Position numbers and translations under genes: made by a program. From the NCBI GenBank assembly GCA_964187785.1, contig OZ076415.1, forward strand, positions 62,186,001 through 62,250,000: DNA of 64,000 nucleotides, in the 5' to 3' direction. Source of the DNA: Amphiscolops sp. MND2022 (taxonomy: Eukaryota). This document shows positions 10,793 through 22,329 of this stretch, piece by piece. Numbering within the stretch: position 1 is the stretch's first letter; each line of letters begins with the position of its first letter. The notes beneath the pieces were generated by a model. That model saw only the letters and a program-made list of their open reading frames with translations, searched no databases and had not been told where the DNA came from.

Positions 10793-11900
10793 TTAATACT
10801 CTAAAAAAATTCCTTTCCGAATCTTAAAGCTGGGAGTGTTTGAAGTCTAATTTTGATTCTCGTCACTTCTTTAGCATTTATCAGATCGTTGGGTCAGGAC
10901 AAACATTCGCGAAATTGAAGGTGGAAGTTTTGGCTGCAATGATATTTCGATATAATTTTTATAACTTTTATCCGTTATACGAAATTAGTGCGGGTGATAC
11001 AGTTCCAACTACATTCTATCGCACAAATCAGGTAATAGTTTCCATGACTATCGTGGTTAAGCCAAGCCAACTCTCTCATTTATTCCACTTATAAGTCAGT
11101 TATTTTTTAAGAAGTCTAACTGTGATGAAAAATATTTGAAAAGTTTATAACCTTGTACGTGTTTAATGACTAAAAGCGTTACCTTCCAGAGAACACCCTT
11201 TGTGGGTCTGGAAGTTAAACACACTGTATCTTCTGCGAATGTCGTCGCTAGATGTAAATTCTTATAGGCTATGGAGATGCGCTCTCCATCTCGAACATTT
11301 CTTGCTTTTAGTGTTAGCCGCGGCGACTCTTTCTCAACTCTTCGACTCTTAACTAGAAGATAGTTACTATTCACACTCTCCTTTTTTCAACAGGCCACCT
11401 TGCGGCCCATGTGGAATTTTTGATGCTTTCGAAAAATTCAAACAATAAGGACATGTTATCTTTCTTTCATCCTTTCCCCCCCCTTGTGGTTTCTCAACCA
11501 CCCCAGCGTTGTTTTTAAACTCGATACATTCGAATGCTTGTGGTCGGGAAAAAATCAATTCTGGAATTAACTTCAATCACGGTATATTCAACAGAATCCT
11601 CAATTTCTAACTAAATTCTTCAAATTCGAACTGAAATTCCTGACTAGAAGGTTACGCCATATTTTTCCGATGTCAGTTTTCCAAACGGGGATTTTAGTTT
11701 GCATAATTGAAAAAAACTGCCTTTTTTCCAAAGTCTGAATTAAAGCATGCACTTTTTCCACACGTCTAATACGTCTACGCGTCTAAGTTTACTTAAATTG
11801 GGGATTTATTCAAACAGAATTTTTTTTCGATGCAATAATCAGTCAATTGTTTTGAAAAGTTTGAATGGAGTTTTCCATGGACTTTTGTCCCACTGCACAT

Positions 11901-12248
11901 TCATTTTCTGAATCGACGCGACCATTTGTTCCTGAATGCGTTTGCAAACGTTTTGGCTCTGAAGTAAAAGAAGAAGTTCAAAGAAGTGCTCAAAGTAGCA
12001 ACCCAATCGAACAGTATCTGCATCAGTACCTTCGAACCAATCTCCAAATTCTTTTCTCCTTTGACGTGGTTCAAGACAGCACATACACATATACAGATAA
12101 TATACCAAGTAGAAGCTAGAATAACAGTGTTCGCTGCTTTCTCATCTTCGGTTATTGACTGTTTTCCAGAGTTAGACGGGAAATCAGGCTTCGCGTCCTT
12201 GTTTTTCTCTTGAGGAGAAGCATTTGTATTGGCTCTCGCGTTTCCTTG
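11901..12248 (-). CDS. Class A GPCR, segment encoding ICL3-TM6-TM7-helix 8
   Basis: EDEKAANTVILASTWYIICICVCAVL (TM6), ILFDWVATLSTSLNFFFYFRAKTFANAF (TM7, NPxxY-like NFFFY, helix 8), stop at 11901-11903. Candidate phase-0 acceptor TTGCAG ending at 12249. Confidence 0.7.
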   Translation of the reverse strand, partial: QGNARANTNASPQEKNKDAKPDFPSNSGKQSITEDEKAANTVILASTWYIICICVCAVLNHVKGEKNLEIGSKVLMQILFDWVATLSTSLNFFFYFRAKTFANAFRNKWSRRFRK

Positions 12249-12438
12249 CTGCAATTCAACTCCCATGTTGGTTTGGGTATTTGCTAGTGAGGGACTTTGA
12301 TCAATTAAAGAAACAAAGATTATGATAAAAGTTTGTGCGTTCGAAAAGTTCCGGCAAAAGTCGCAGAACAGCTACTTTTAAGTTGTGGTGCCGTAAAATC
12401 AAGTACTGAAATTAGGTCGCATATACATGTGTCATACA

Positions 12439-15400
12439 GTTCATCCAATCAATATGACCTCTACCGCATTTCGGTCATAGACAACCTGCTTCTGTTTACA
12501 CACAAAAGAAACTATAGATATAAAACTGTTATGGCGCAATCAGCAAATTTTAAAATAAAATCGCAACGGACTTAAAACTCAACTATGGCAGAAACAAACA
12601 TAGTACCGAGCCTCGAAGCAAAGACTACCCACGGAAATCCTGTATTCACTCCAAAACAGTGGCTGGAAAGATTCTGGCAATTCTGGAAACAAGAACACAA
12701 GATCGACATCGCATCATTGCTAAAAGAAAATTTCACAGATACCGGTGGGACCAGAAAAGACAAAGCTTTAAAAGAAGATTTTATGTGGGGAGTAGGACCC
12801 GAGCACTTCACTAAATAACCAGAAGCGAATACAAAATGGAACCCGACCGGATAAAAATAAAAAACTTAACACGGTTGTTCAGTTATCACGTCGAAACGTA
12901 ACACCTATCACAACCAAGGAGACTTCGCCTTGGCAAAACAGAACGAAGACAAAAACCGGAAGAAATTTGCAGACGACCAATCGATATCCAAAAAGAACGT
13001 AATTTCAACGCATCTTCAGCTGAAGAACTGCTGATATCAAAGTACATGACGATAAAACACGACAAAAAATACGGAACGAAAACGAAAAAAAAGAATGCAA
13101 TGGCGGAAGCATCAATCACGATAGAAGAACGACAAATAATAAGGGAAGAACCAATATAAGGAAAGGAAAAATTCGGTACCAAACCGAAGAACAGATATAC
13201 TGGATACCGGCCATGCAGATTTTGTGAAACTTTCCGCTTTGGAATCGCTTTGTGATACGAAAGGCCATTACGCAAGAGCATATAAACAAAGAAGGAACAA
13301 TAACCGAAAGTTGAGAAAGCTGATCGAAGAAAAAATGAAAGAACCAAACGAATCAATGAGCAAGTCGGACGAGAGCAAAAACCATCCAGAAGAAATGATG
13401 ACGATCGATGTAGACAAAAGCAATCCACAGCAGCGATACAAGTGAACAGAACAAAGAAAAAATTCACAATGAAAGCCGGATCACCCGTAACAACAACGCC
13501 ACTGGACAAACAAATAATGGAAGAGACAGAAATTTAAAAAGTAATAAACTTTTATCAAGAAGTAAAAAGAAGAAACTAGAACGAAGTGAAATTCCGCTGG
13601 AAAATACCTGTAGACATCGAATATGAAAACAACAAACAAAAGTTGGAAAAACTGATAGCGGAAAAAAACGGATATAACCCCACTACTCGGGATGGACCGG
13701 TTGAGAGAATTCAAGCTAACAATTCAAAACAGCCAATCAGAAGACGAGAAAAAATTAAAAAACTTTCCAACCCTATTTGAGAACAACCGCGCAAAAAAAT
13801 TTGCAGAAATAAATATACAACTTAAACCGGGAATTGATCCAGTGAAACAGAAAGCCAGACCAATACTACTACATCTAAAAGAAGGTGTGTGATCAGCACT
13901 AGAAAACTGATTGTAGCCGAACACTTAGAAAAATAAATAAGGTAGATGAAGTTAGTTTTATATCACCGTTTGAAAACACAGTGAAACGCGACAAATCGAT
14001 GAAAATTGCACTAGACTTCCTGAAATTGAATGATAACTGTACAAAAAAAAGAACCCATATGCCAAATATGGAAGAAATCTTTACTAAAACATCGTTGGAA
14101 ATCACACGACTCCGAACAGTACAGCTATTCATTTCGAAATTCGACTTGAAATACGCATACCGACAAAATAAACGTTCTGACGAAACAAACTGACGATGCG
14201 TATTCGTAGTCACCGGAGCGAAGTTTAGCTGATATTATAAATTCAAAAACGGTATTCAAGACTTGACGATGAACCCACAATTCTCCAAGTGTGATGCCAT
14301 GATACATGTCCTCAAGTATTTTCATAATCTTGAAATATATCAAACCTTTAGACCTAAAAAGTTGATAGATGTCACTCATTTAGAAGTTTATACTTCCTTA
14401 TTAGATTGCTGACATTTGGTGACGCTTTCATTATAGATTTAATCTTATTGATGTCATCTTAGACTGATTAGAATTATATTTAGTCTTGATAATCGATGAA
14501 GTGATTATTGTAGTTAACCCAACAGAAGAATAACTTGAATCTCAGATTCTAGAAACTTTCTCAATTAGGAAGAGATAGATAGAAAATCTGATATTTCAGT
14601 CAGACTCAATACTTGTGAAAGAAAGACTAGCTTGCAAAGAAACGGTTTTGCTTAGAATAAAGAATCTTCTCTTGTTTAACTTGAAACATCTAAAAAGAAA
14701 TATAAGCCACATTCTAAGCAGCACACTTCTGACCGAACACTGGAATAAAGTACGCCGGCGTGGCTAGACGACATTATGATAGTAACTCGCGTAAGCGAAC
14801 ATGAACAAGAAAAATATTATTCTATGTGCTATCAAACTTTGAAAAAGATAGATACCGAGCAAATAAACGAAAGTCCGAAGTTTTTTTAAAACAAACAAAA
14901 CAGCTAGGACATGAAATTGACGAAAACGGAATCAAACTGAATGAAGAAAGAATGGAAGCGATATTAAAATTAAAACCACTGAAAAGTGCAGAAGACTTAT
15001 GATCATTCATCGTAGCAATTCAATATCTAGCGAAAAGGTAATCGAAATTATCGGGAACAATAGACACACTCAGAAAACTAATTAAGAACAAACCATGGGA
15101 ATGGGGAAATGACCAAAAAAGCATTTTTATCTAATTTAACAGATCCTAACTGAAAAACGATGCCTGGCACACTATGCAAAAGAAAAAAGATCACAACAGA
15201 AGCAAGTAAACCGGTCTCGTTATCACACTGTGGCAGAAACAAGATAGCGGGGATTTAAAACCAATTGCATTCGGCAGCACAAATTTAAATGATATCGAAA
15301 AGAAGTACTCAATCGGAGAAATGGAATTACTAGCCGTAGTTTGGAGATAGAAATAATTTATATTTTACGCATACAGGAAGAAAATACATCTTCATTCAGA

Positions 15401-16277
15401 CCATCAAGCATTAGAACCGCTGACAAAACCAAACTGGATCGATCACAAATACAGCGCAAGATAAACCAGATAGTTGATCCGCCTAGCACATTTTGACATT
15501 GCCGTTCAACATTCTGCCGGCATCAAGGTAAAGTTTACCAATTTTTCGAGCTGATATCTTGTAGGATGATCAGCATCGGAAAACAAAAACGCGAAAAAGA
15601 TGTGATTAACGAATTTACCGAACACGCAGATTTGGTCGTAAAATACGGTTTGCTATTCGTCAGCCAATCAGAAAACTAGAAACAGATAATCAAAGCTAAT
15701 ATGAACACATCCTAAGAAAAGGATGAGAGAAATGTCAACCAGTCACAATCGAATAGTATATTCCAGAACAAATTCCACGTGACCAAAAAGCGAAAGAACG
15801 AAACAACTACATCCGAACAGTTTGAAACAAGCACCGTGAAGTCAAGTTCCGTTAGTATAGAAAATTCAAATCAGAAAATAAACCGCGAATACATTTACTT
15901 TGGGGGCCACCAAAGAAACTATGGAAATCATCTTCCAAAGGAACAAAAGCCCCGAAACAAGAAGATTAGATGAAAGAAAAGAAACACTGGCGAGATCGGC
16001 AGTTATGCGGAGAAAGTACGACCTTCAATGACAGAGGGTGGTGTTCACGACCGAATAGAAGAAGTTGCGAAGAAATTGCGGAACTCAAGACGGAGCTACT
16101 ACAAAGAGCTAACCGGCTAGGGGCTGGATATCCTCTCATGCAAGCGGTACCCGAAGATAAAACCCTTTATTCGGGAATACGGCGAGATTAGGGTTCATCA
16201 ATATAACCTCTAACGCGTTTCGGTAGAAGACAACTTGATAGTTCTTACACAAAAAAATATAGATATAAAACTGTTAT
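12439..16277 (+). mobile_element. Decayed Ty3/Gypsy element (gag, RT, RNase H; integrase deleted) with LTR remnants
   Basis: ~85-bp direct repeats at 12439-12531 and 16192-16276, both ending TATAGATATAAAACTGTTA. PBS-like TGGCGCAATCAGC at 12532. gag FTPKQWLERF...DFMWGVGP; RT KIALDFLKLN...SKFDLKYAY and WLDD; RNase H PIAFGS...EMELLAVVW, DHQALEPL; many stops and frameshifts. Confidence 0.85.
14290..14725. mobile_element. ~430-bp insertion inside the Gypsy RT relic, possible solo LTR
   Basis: RT breaks after ...PTILQ (14289) and resumes at DRTLE (~14730). Insert starts TGTGATG and contains AATAAA at ~14656; no TSD resolved. Confidence 0.4.
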
Positions 16278-16429
16278 ATCCTTTTGAAAATACTACGTGT
16301 TAGATACCAAGTTTAATATAAATTTCTAGAACATATCGTTTTTATGAGAATACATATAACAACATGAAGTCTACTTGAAGTTCAGTGTACAAAATTGGAA
16401 TCGTATTTAAGTTGAAAAGAAAGAGTTCT

Positions 16430-16760
16430 TTCAGTGATGACGGCATCTGGAATAAAGTTTTGGAATGTTCCTGAGTCTATGAATACCACAGAAGTTCTAC
16501 TCGAAAAGTTAATGCGCGATCCGTAATAACTATCTCCCTATCAGTACCTTGACGAAGCTCATGTACGTTGTTCAAGTACAACCGAAATTGGGGAAATTAC
16601 CGCGCTCGATAAAAAACCTAATGAAAAATACTACGGTTTGGCTGCTTTCACTGATTTTAAAACCGCGTTTAACCCAATAGATCACACTTTACTTCACAAA
16701 GAGCTCAAAAAGTTTCAGTTTACGGATTAGGATTGAGAATTTTAGTGAACTTAGTGAAAG
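16430..16760 (+). pseudogene. LINE RT fragment related to the element at 616-3456
   Basis: DGIWNKVL and YYGLAAFTDFKTAFNPIDHTLL match DGISNKLL and HYGLAAFIDLKKAFDTVDHNLL of the intact ORF2, also at nucleotide level. Confidence 0.75.
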
Positions 16761-16829
16761 TTCGAAACTGAGATTAATGGAAAACAATACTTCTGCTGAT
16801 TTGTTCACATCGATGTGTGATGAAATTAC

Positions 16830-17408
16830 CTCGAACATTGTGTTCAAAATCCCTCGCTCAGTTCTGCGTCGAAGAATTTTTGCTCGGAAACTCGCAACCA
16901 AAGAGACAGCCGAGCACAGGATCACAAAATTGTACACAACTGTGAAAAGAGCATTGAGGAACAAGTTATAAGCCCGCACCAATTTGTCATCCAATGACGT
17001 CAATTCGCATTCATCTTCTTCCAACTTGAATAAAAACAAAATCGGGATGGAAACTATCAGGTTGAAAGCCGTGATCCAAACTGTGATTCTTTTGTTCAAC
17101 TTAGTCCAGTTTTTCTTATAATGCCATGTCGAAAACCTCATTGACACTGCTCTGTCTGTTGCAAAGACAGCCAGAAGAGAAGTTGTATTTCCCACCAGAA
17201 ACCACCACAAGTAACTGATGATCTTGCAAGCTACATCTCCCAGATAAGCTAGACCTACGTCACATATCTTCAAGGCGGTGATGGGAATGTTGAGTAAGAG
17301 GAAACAACTTTCCCAAGATGCAAGGAACCGCATCCAGATGGACCCAGAGGTGACAGGTAGGCCCAGAGAAGTGTCAATGATAAGAGTGTTCAGAATCAGA
17401 CCAGTGAC
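16830..17408 (-). CDS. Class A (rhodopsin-like) GPCR, segment encoding TM1-TM5
   Basis: Open frame VTGLILNTLII (TM1), SGSIWMRFLASWESCFLLL (TM2), ACKIISYLWW...FATDRAVSMRF (TM3 Cys and DRY-like), ITVWITAFNLIVSIP (TM4), ECEL (ECL2 Cys), YNLFLNALFTVVYNFVILCSAVSLV (TM5). Candidate acceptor CAACAG ending at 17409 and donor GAG|GTAATT at 16829. Confidence 0.75.
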
Positions 17409-18071
17409 CTGTTGAGATTATCAAACGTTGAAAAAACCCAATAATGTTGAAAAGTTTTGGGTATATCACCCGAAATTATACCCGTTTCTGAACGAGAAAA
17501 ATTCCCAGTTCAGTTCAAGGGTCCTTCTTTGCAGCATCTTGCAAGATTCCTTATAAGGTCATTATAAGATTCATTCAATGCGGCTAATTCTATTGCAAAA
17601 TCAAGGTAAGTAATGCTGTCTTTGCAAGGAACGTGTTAGCTGCTTTCAAAAACAGACATTTGGACCTTTGATACTAGGGTTACTACTGTACCTTCGCAGC
17701 TGAGGAAAACATTTGCCTGCATACATATCTGTGTTTGATGCATACAAAAATGGATTCTTCACAAAAATGGTTTTAACTGAATTGTCCATGCATCGGGTGC
17801 CAGTTGGCGAGCTGCGGTTTCGCTTTCTAATTCCAATTTTCAGTCAACCCATCTTGTGACAACGCAATGATTAAAAAACAGCTCAGTTATTAGGTAATGG
17901 GAAAATGATTGAAAGGTACAGTGTGCATTGAAATTAAACTTAACCATAAACCTAAACATTACATTTTATCTGATAAGTCGAAATTTGAACCTAAAATTGA
18001 AAAGAGTTCGTTTGTTGTGATATCCGAGTTTAACATTTTAGCCGCTCAGGTAGAGAAGTTTTGACATCAAA

Positions 18072-18596
18072 AACAAGCCGGGAACGACCCAAGTTGGCGC
18101 CATATCAATGCTCAAAAATAGCAAAAGGACTTCAAAGAATCAAGTATTCCCTTCTACAGTAGCCGCATGAGGAAAAAATTGAAAAAAAAAATCGAATTTT
18201 TTTTATCCCCGGTAAGTCGCATAATGCCGAAAAATGTAAAAGGGGGGACCCTTTGGAATTTTTTGAACGTCCATTCTGATGCAAAATATCAAAAATTAGA
18301 AGGGAGGACCCTTTGGAGACATAAGAAAATTTTGCGAAAAAAGTCTCTCAAAGCCGAAATTCCATGCACAAAAATATTTGGTCAAGGGTGAGACTCGAAC
18401 CCACGTCCTTCTGCATGGCAGACATCGAAAAATTACCCTAATTAACTTCTATGCTAAGTGGCAGTTAGTGGACGCAGCTTTTAAAAATCTGTCACTTGAA
18501 ATCTGTCACTAAAAATATGAAATCTGTCACTTCGTTGGTCTTTAAAAAAAGTCACTACTATAGTGTGCGTTTTTCTACGAAAAGCACCGACTAAAA
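18072..18596 (+). repeat. Non-autonomous repeat copy A (subterminal inverted repeats; Helentron/HINE-like)
   Basis: Starts AACAAGCCGGGAACGACCCAAGTTGGCGCC, has internal AAAGGGGGGACCCTTTGG units, ends GAAAAGCACCGACTAAAA. Confidence 0.6.
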
Positions 18597-18617
18597 CAGT
18601 CACAACTATTTTCTGCG

Positions 18618-19238
18618 TTTTTAGTCGGCGCCTTTTCCTTTAAGGAAAAAAGCCCGACTATTACAATGGCTAGTTTTTTTTCTTTTTTTTCGTAAGACCA
18701 CAGAGCTCATCGCGTATGTACCACTTTTTACAGAAACTGATAAGACTACTCAGGCCAAGTCAGGCCAATGGAAACTTAGTGCAAAGGGTTTCCCGTTCAT
18801 TTTTTACCTTTTTTACGTAACCTACAAAACCGGAAGAGACCAAAGGATCCCCCCTTTCAACTTTTTTTCGGCACTGTGCGAAATTTTTTCGAAAATTTTT
18901 CAAGGTCTCAAAAGAGTCCCCCCTTCGAGTTTTTTGATATTTTGCAACAGAATGTATGTCAATGAATCCCAAAGGGTCCCCCTTTTCATTTTTCGGCACT
19001 ATGCGACATTTTCGAAGTTTTTTTTCAAAAAAAATTTTTTCAAAAAAATTTTCAAATTTTATTTTGTTCCCAGTCGGGAAACAGTGATTTTCCAGTCATA
19101 TCGAGCATGAAAGACACACTTTGGGTGTCTCGAAAGTGTTTTCAAAGCTTTTCATGAATACGTCCTGAGCATATTTAGAAAACTTTGCGCTTCTTGAGCC
19201 TTAGATATAGCGCCGACTTTAGACGTTCCCGTCTTGTT
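18618..19238 (-). repeat. Non-autonomous repeat copy B, inverted relative to A
   Basis: Reverse complement starts AACAAGACGGGAACGTCTAAAGTCGGCGCTATATCTAAGGC, has the same internal units, ends AAGGCGCCGACTAAAA. Followed by an extra 3' end at 19239-19263. Confidence 0.7.
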
Positions 19239-21388
19239 CTACGAAAAAGCGCCGACTAAAAAAGGCGAGTTTGATAATCTCTGATTAACCTCCATGGCGA
19301 GCTGTATGAAGTGCGCTAACCAAACATAAAACGAGAGTTGACCACTAATGAGGTCGTTCTCGATTCCTTCACTTGAATTGCCGATATCTTCATCGTAAAC
19401 ATTGTGAACAAATTCAAGAGCGAGAGTCATTGCACATTAATGATTTTTATGATCGTAATTGATTTTATATATTTATTTTGAAACTTCTCGGTAAAGTTGA
19501 TAAACAGTTTGTGGCTGACGGAAAAAAACCTCAATAAATACTTTGACCAATACGATCAACGTGAGCATTAAAATATTTTGTAAGCTCTTTTGGTTTTAAG
19601 GACCAATTCTGTCTTCACAAAACTGTAGGATCAGAATAGCCAATGGAAAAATTCTATTTCAAGATTTTTATACCAGATTAGATTGTTATTTCCTCTTAAC
19701 GCAAAAGTTGTTATTCCCTTTCCAATCAAATTAAAACTGATTTTTGCGCTTCAAAAAGCTTCATTTGTTCGAAGTTCTTCCTCTATCGAAAAACATCTAG
19801 GGCAGTTAGGGTAATACTGCTTTACTTGAATTCGTTGAGGAAAACAAGCTGAAACTTGTTCTGACAAATCTGCCCATCAAAAACTATGCCGACAACAGGA
19901 AAAACAGAATAACAAAAATTTTACAAACCAACAGCTTCAAAAGCGGTAAGTTGCAAGGAAACAAAGCTTGTGATGGCAACTTCATTAGTTTTTTTGACAA
20001 AGAAATGAAATATAAGCACAGAATCCCAGAATGCAGCATTGACTACACTCTATTCACATCAATTTTTCATCTTAAAAAATCAAAAAACTCGAAAAATTTC
20101 GAGAGATCTCGAATGAAATTTCAGATTTCGACCAAGCATAGCAAGAATAACAGAGAAGAATCAAACATACCGTTTTCAGAGGTCGTCACAAACTTTTGTC
20201 GAAGAACAAAGCCTTTCTGTTCATATCAGAAACTTATTCAAGAAAAACCTTTCTCTACATATCACAAACAGTGGATTTCTTGCAATATGAATACCTGAAA
20301 ATGGAACACACGGCCATAATTTGAACTAAAACTTTCCTTTTTAAATGTTTAAAAATTCAATATCCAAGGTTGAACGAACATGCAGTTCCTAAAATGTTTC
20401 CAAAAATTTTTAATGGTCTTGCTATCAAGGAGATCTCATGTTGAGCACTCCCTGCGGATCTGTAGAGATCTGTACAGATCCTGACAGACATTCCAGGATT
20501 CGTCGGAAATTGACTAAACAAAATTACCGTTTTGAAATTGAAATTATTTAATTATAAAGTGCTCTACAAGATAGACACGCATCCGAATTGGAGTTTTAAA
20601 AAGTGTCTCTTCAAATCTGTAAAGATCCTAATACATATTTTCCAGGATTTATCAAAAATTAACAATACGAAAATAACCAATAAATTACTTCAACGTATTC
20701 CAAGCAATTACTAAAACTACTCTAGCGAACCATGTTTTTAAAATACAAAATATTACAACCACATCACTTTATCAACACATCTATCAACCCAGACAGTGGT
20801 CACACGTCTAATTACACCCGTCAAAACGAAGTCAATGTGGCAAACGAGCATCTCAAAGTTGAAAATCGACTTTTGGAAAGTTTAATTGAATGGATAAACT
20901 TTCCGTGTTATAACCAAAAACGAACATTCCCCAGACACAAATTACCGTGATGGGGACAAGTTTTCTTGCAAGACATTTTTCAGTGATAGAGAGTTTCAAC
21001 TGACTGAGTCTTGGTCAGCTAAAATACTTGTCGAAGAAGCCCAAAATTGAAAGATATAACTTCATTTGAAAGTCAGGAAAAATTTTCCTGAAAAATCTGT
21101 ACAGAAAATCTTTGAACATCAGTAACATTCTTGCAAATCTGCAGTTGTTCTTACGTAGTAGTGGCACGATCTTTACAGATTTTCTAGGACATCTGGCTCA
21201 AAGATCTGTAGAGACTCTCAAGTAAAACTCAACATTGGATGTTTTTGTTATCTGATTATGATGCCATCAAGCTACACTTGCGAGATGTCCAGTGGGCAGC
21301 ACAGATGAAGAGATTAACTCCTCAATCGGCTCAACGCGCCCGAAGGTTCAAAAAAATTTTGCACACAGCTAAACTTTCCTCTAAACCT

Positions 21389-21874
21389 AACAAGACGAGA
21401 ACGTCTAAAGTCGGCGCTATATCTAAGGCTCAAAAAGCGCAAAACATTTTTTTCGAAAAAAACTTGAAATTTTCGAAAAAAAAATTTTAAGGAAAATGTC
21501 GCACAGTGCAGAAAAAAATCAAAAGGGGGGACCCTTTAGCCTCGGACGATTTTGTAGATTACGTTAAAAAAGTACAAAATGAAAGGGGGGACCCTTTGGA
21601 GACAAAAAAATTTTCGAAAAAAAGTCGCACAGTGCCGAAAAAAAATCGAAAAAATAGAAAGGGGGGACTCTGTAGTCCCGTCCGGTTTTGTAGGTTACCT
21701 TGAAAAAGGTTTGCACTAAATTTGCCTTGGCCTCTTTGCCGGACTGGGCGCCTTGGGTGGTTTCAGGATTGTTTCTAAAAAATGGACCGATCAGTATGAG
21801 GCTGAAGAAAAAAAAGGTCACTGCTAGCAATAGTCGGGCATTTTTCCTTGAAAGGAAAACGCGCCGACTAAAAA
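21389..21874 (+). repeat. Non-autonomous repeat copy C
   Basis: AACAAGACGAGAACGTCTAAAGTCGGCGCTATATCTAAGGC...AAAGGGGGGACCCTTT units...GCGCCGACTAAAA; same family as A and B. Confidence 0.7.
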
Positions 21875-22329
21875 CTTTGGCTGTGAAATTTTCTCGAATT
21901 GTTTTTGTTAGAGTCGTTGTTTTCATTTGATTAGAATTATTTAATGGTCAACTTATTTATTCAATAGCCTATTTTAATCAATAGCCAACAGCAATGTATA
22001 CACAATATTCAGCCATAAGCCGCCGCTACCTCGGCGCTGTTTTTAGATTTCCTACAGATAAGATGTAACGATTTAACTTATGATGATTCAACTAAAATTG
22101 ATGGTCATGCTGCTAAAAGTAACAACCTAGAAACGATGGGGAGAGACCTTTATAATCAGACTTTCCGCTAAGTGTTCCAACAAAAAACACTCGAACGACA
22201 CGCTTACCACAATTTGCCAATCCTGCAGTTTCTAACTTTCACAGTTTCTGTTTCCGAAAAAAAGTCTTCGATTTCATTTCTCCCGGGATCTTTGAAATTG
22301 AAAGATTTTCGTTCCTGAACTTTTTCATC

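Noticed and set aside
10840-11600. Short ORFs including KITCPYCLNF as a zinc-finger gene
   Set aside because: Only one CxxC with no partner ligands and no consistent splice structure.
12300-12531. Second GPCR TM4/TM5 remnant read on the minus strand (also 16280-16440)
   Set aside because: Needs several frameshifts, AT-rich DNA gives hydrophobic translations by chance, and part of it is better explained as an LTR remnant next to a PBS.
18379-18423. Functional tRNA gene
   Set aside because: Only the 3' half is recognisable; no D-arm/A-box or 5' acceptor strand.
20437-21235. MITE bounded by GATCTGTAGAGATC-like inverted repeats
   Set aside because: Similarity between the two ends is patchy and no TSD could be defined.
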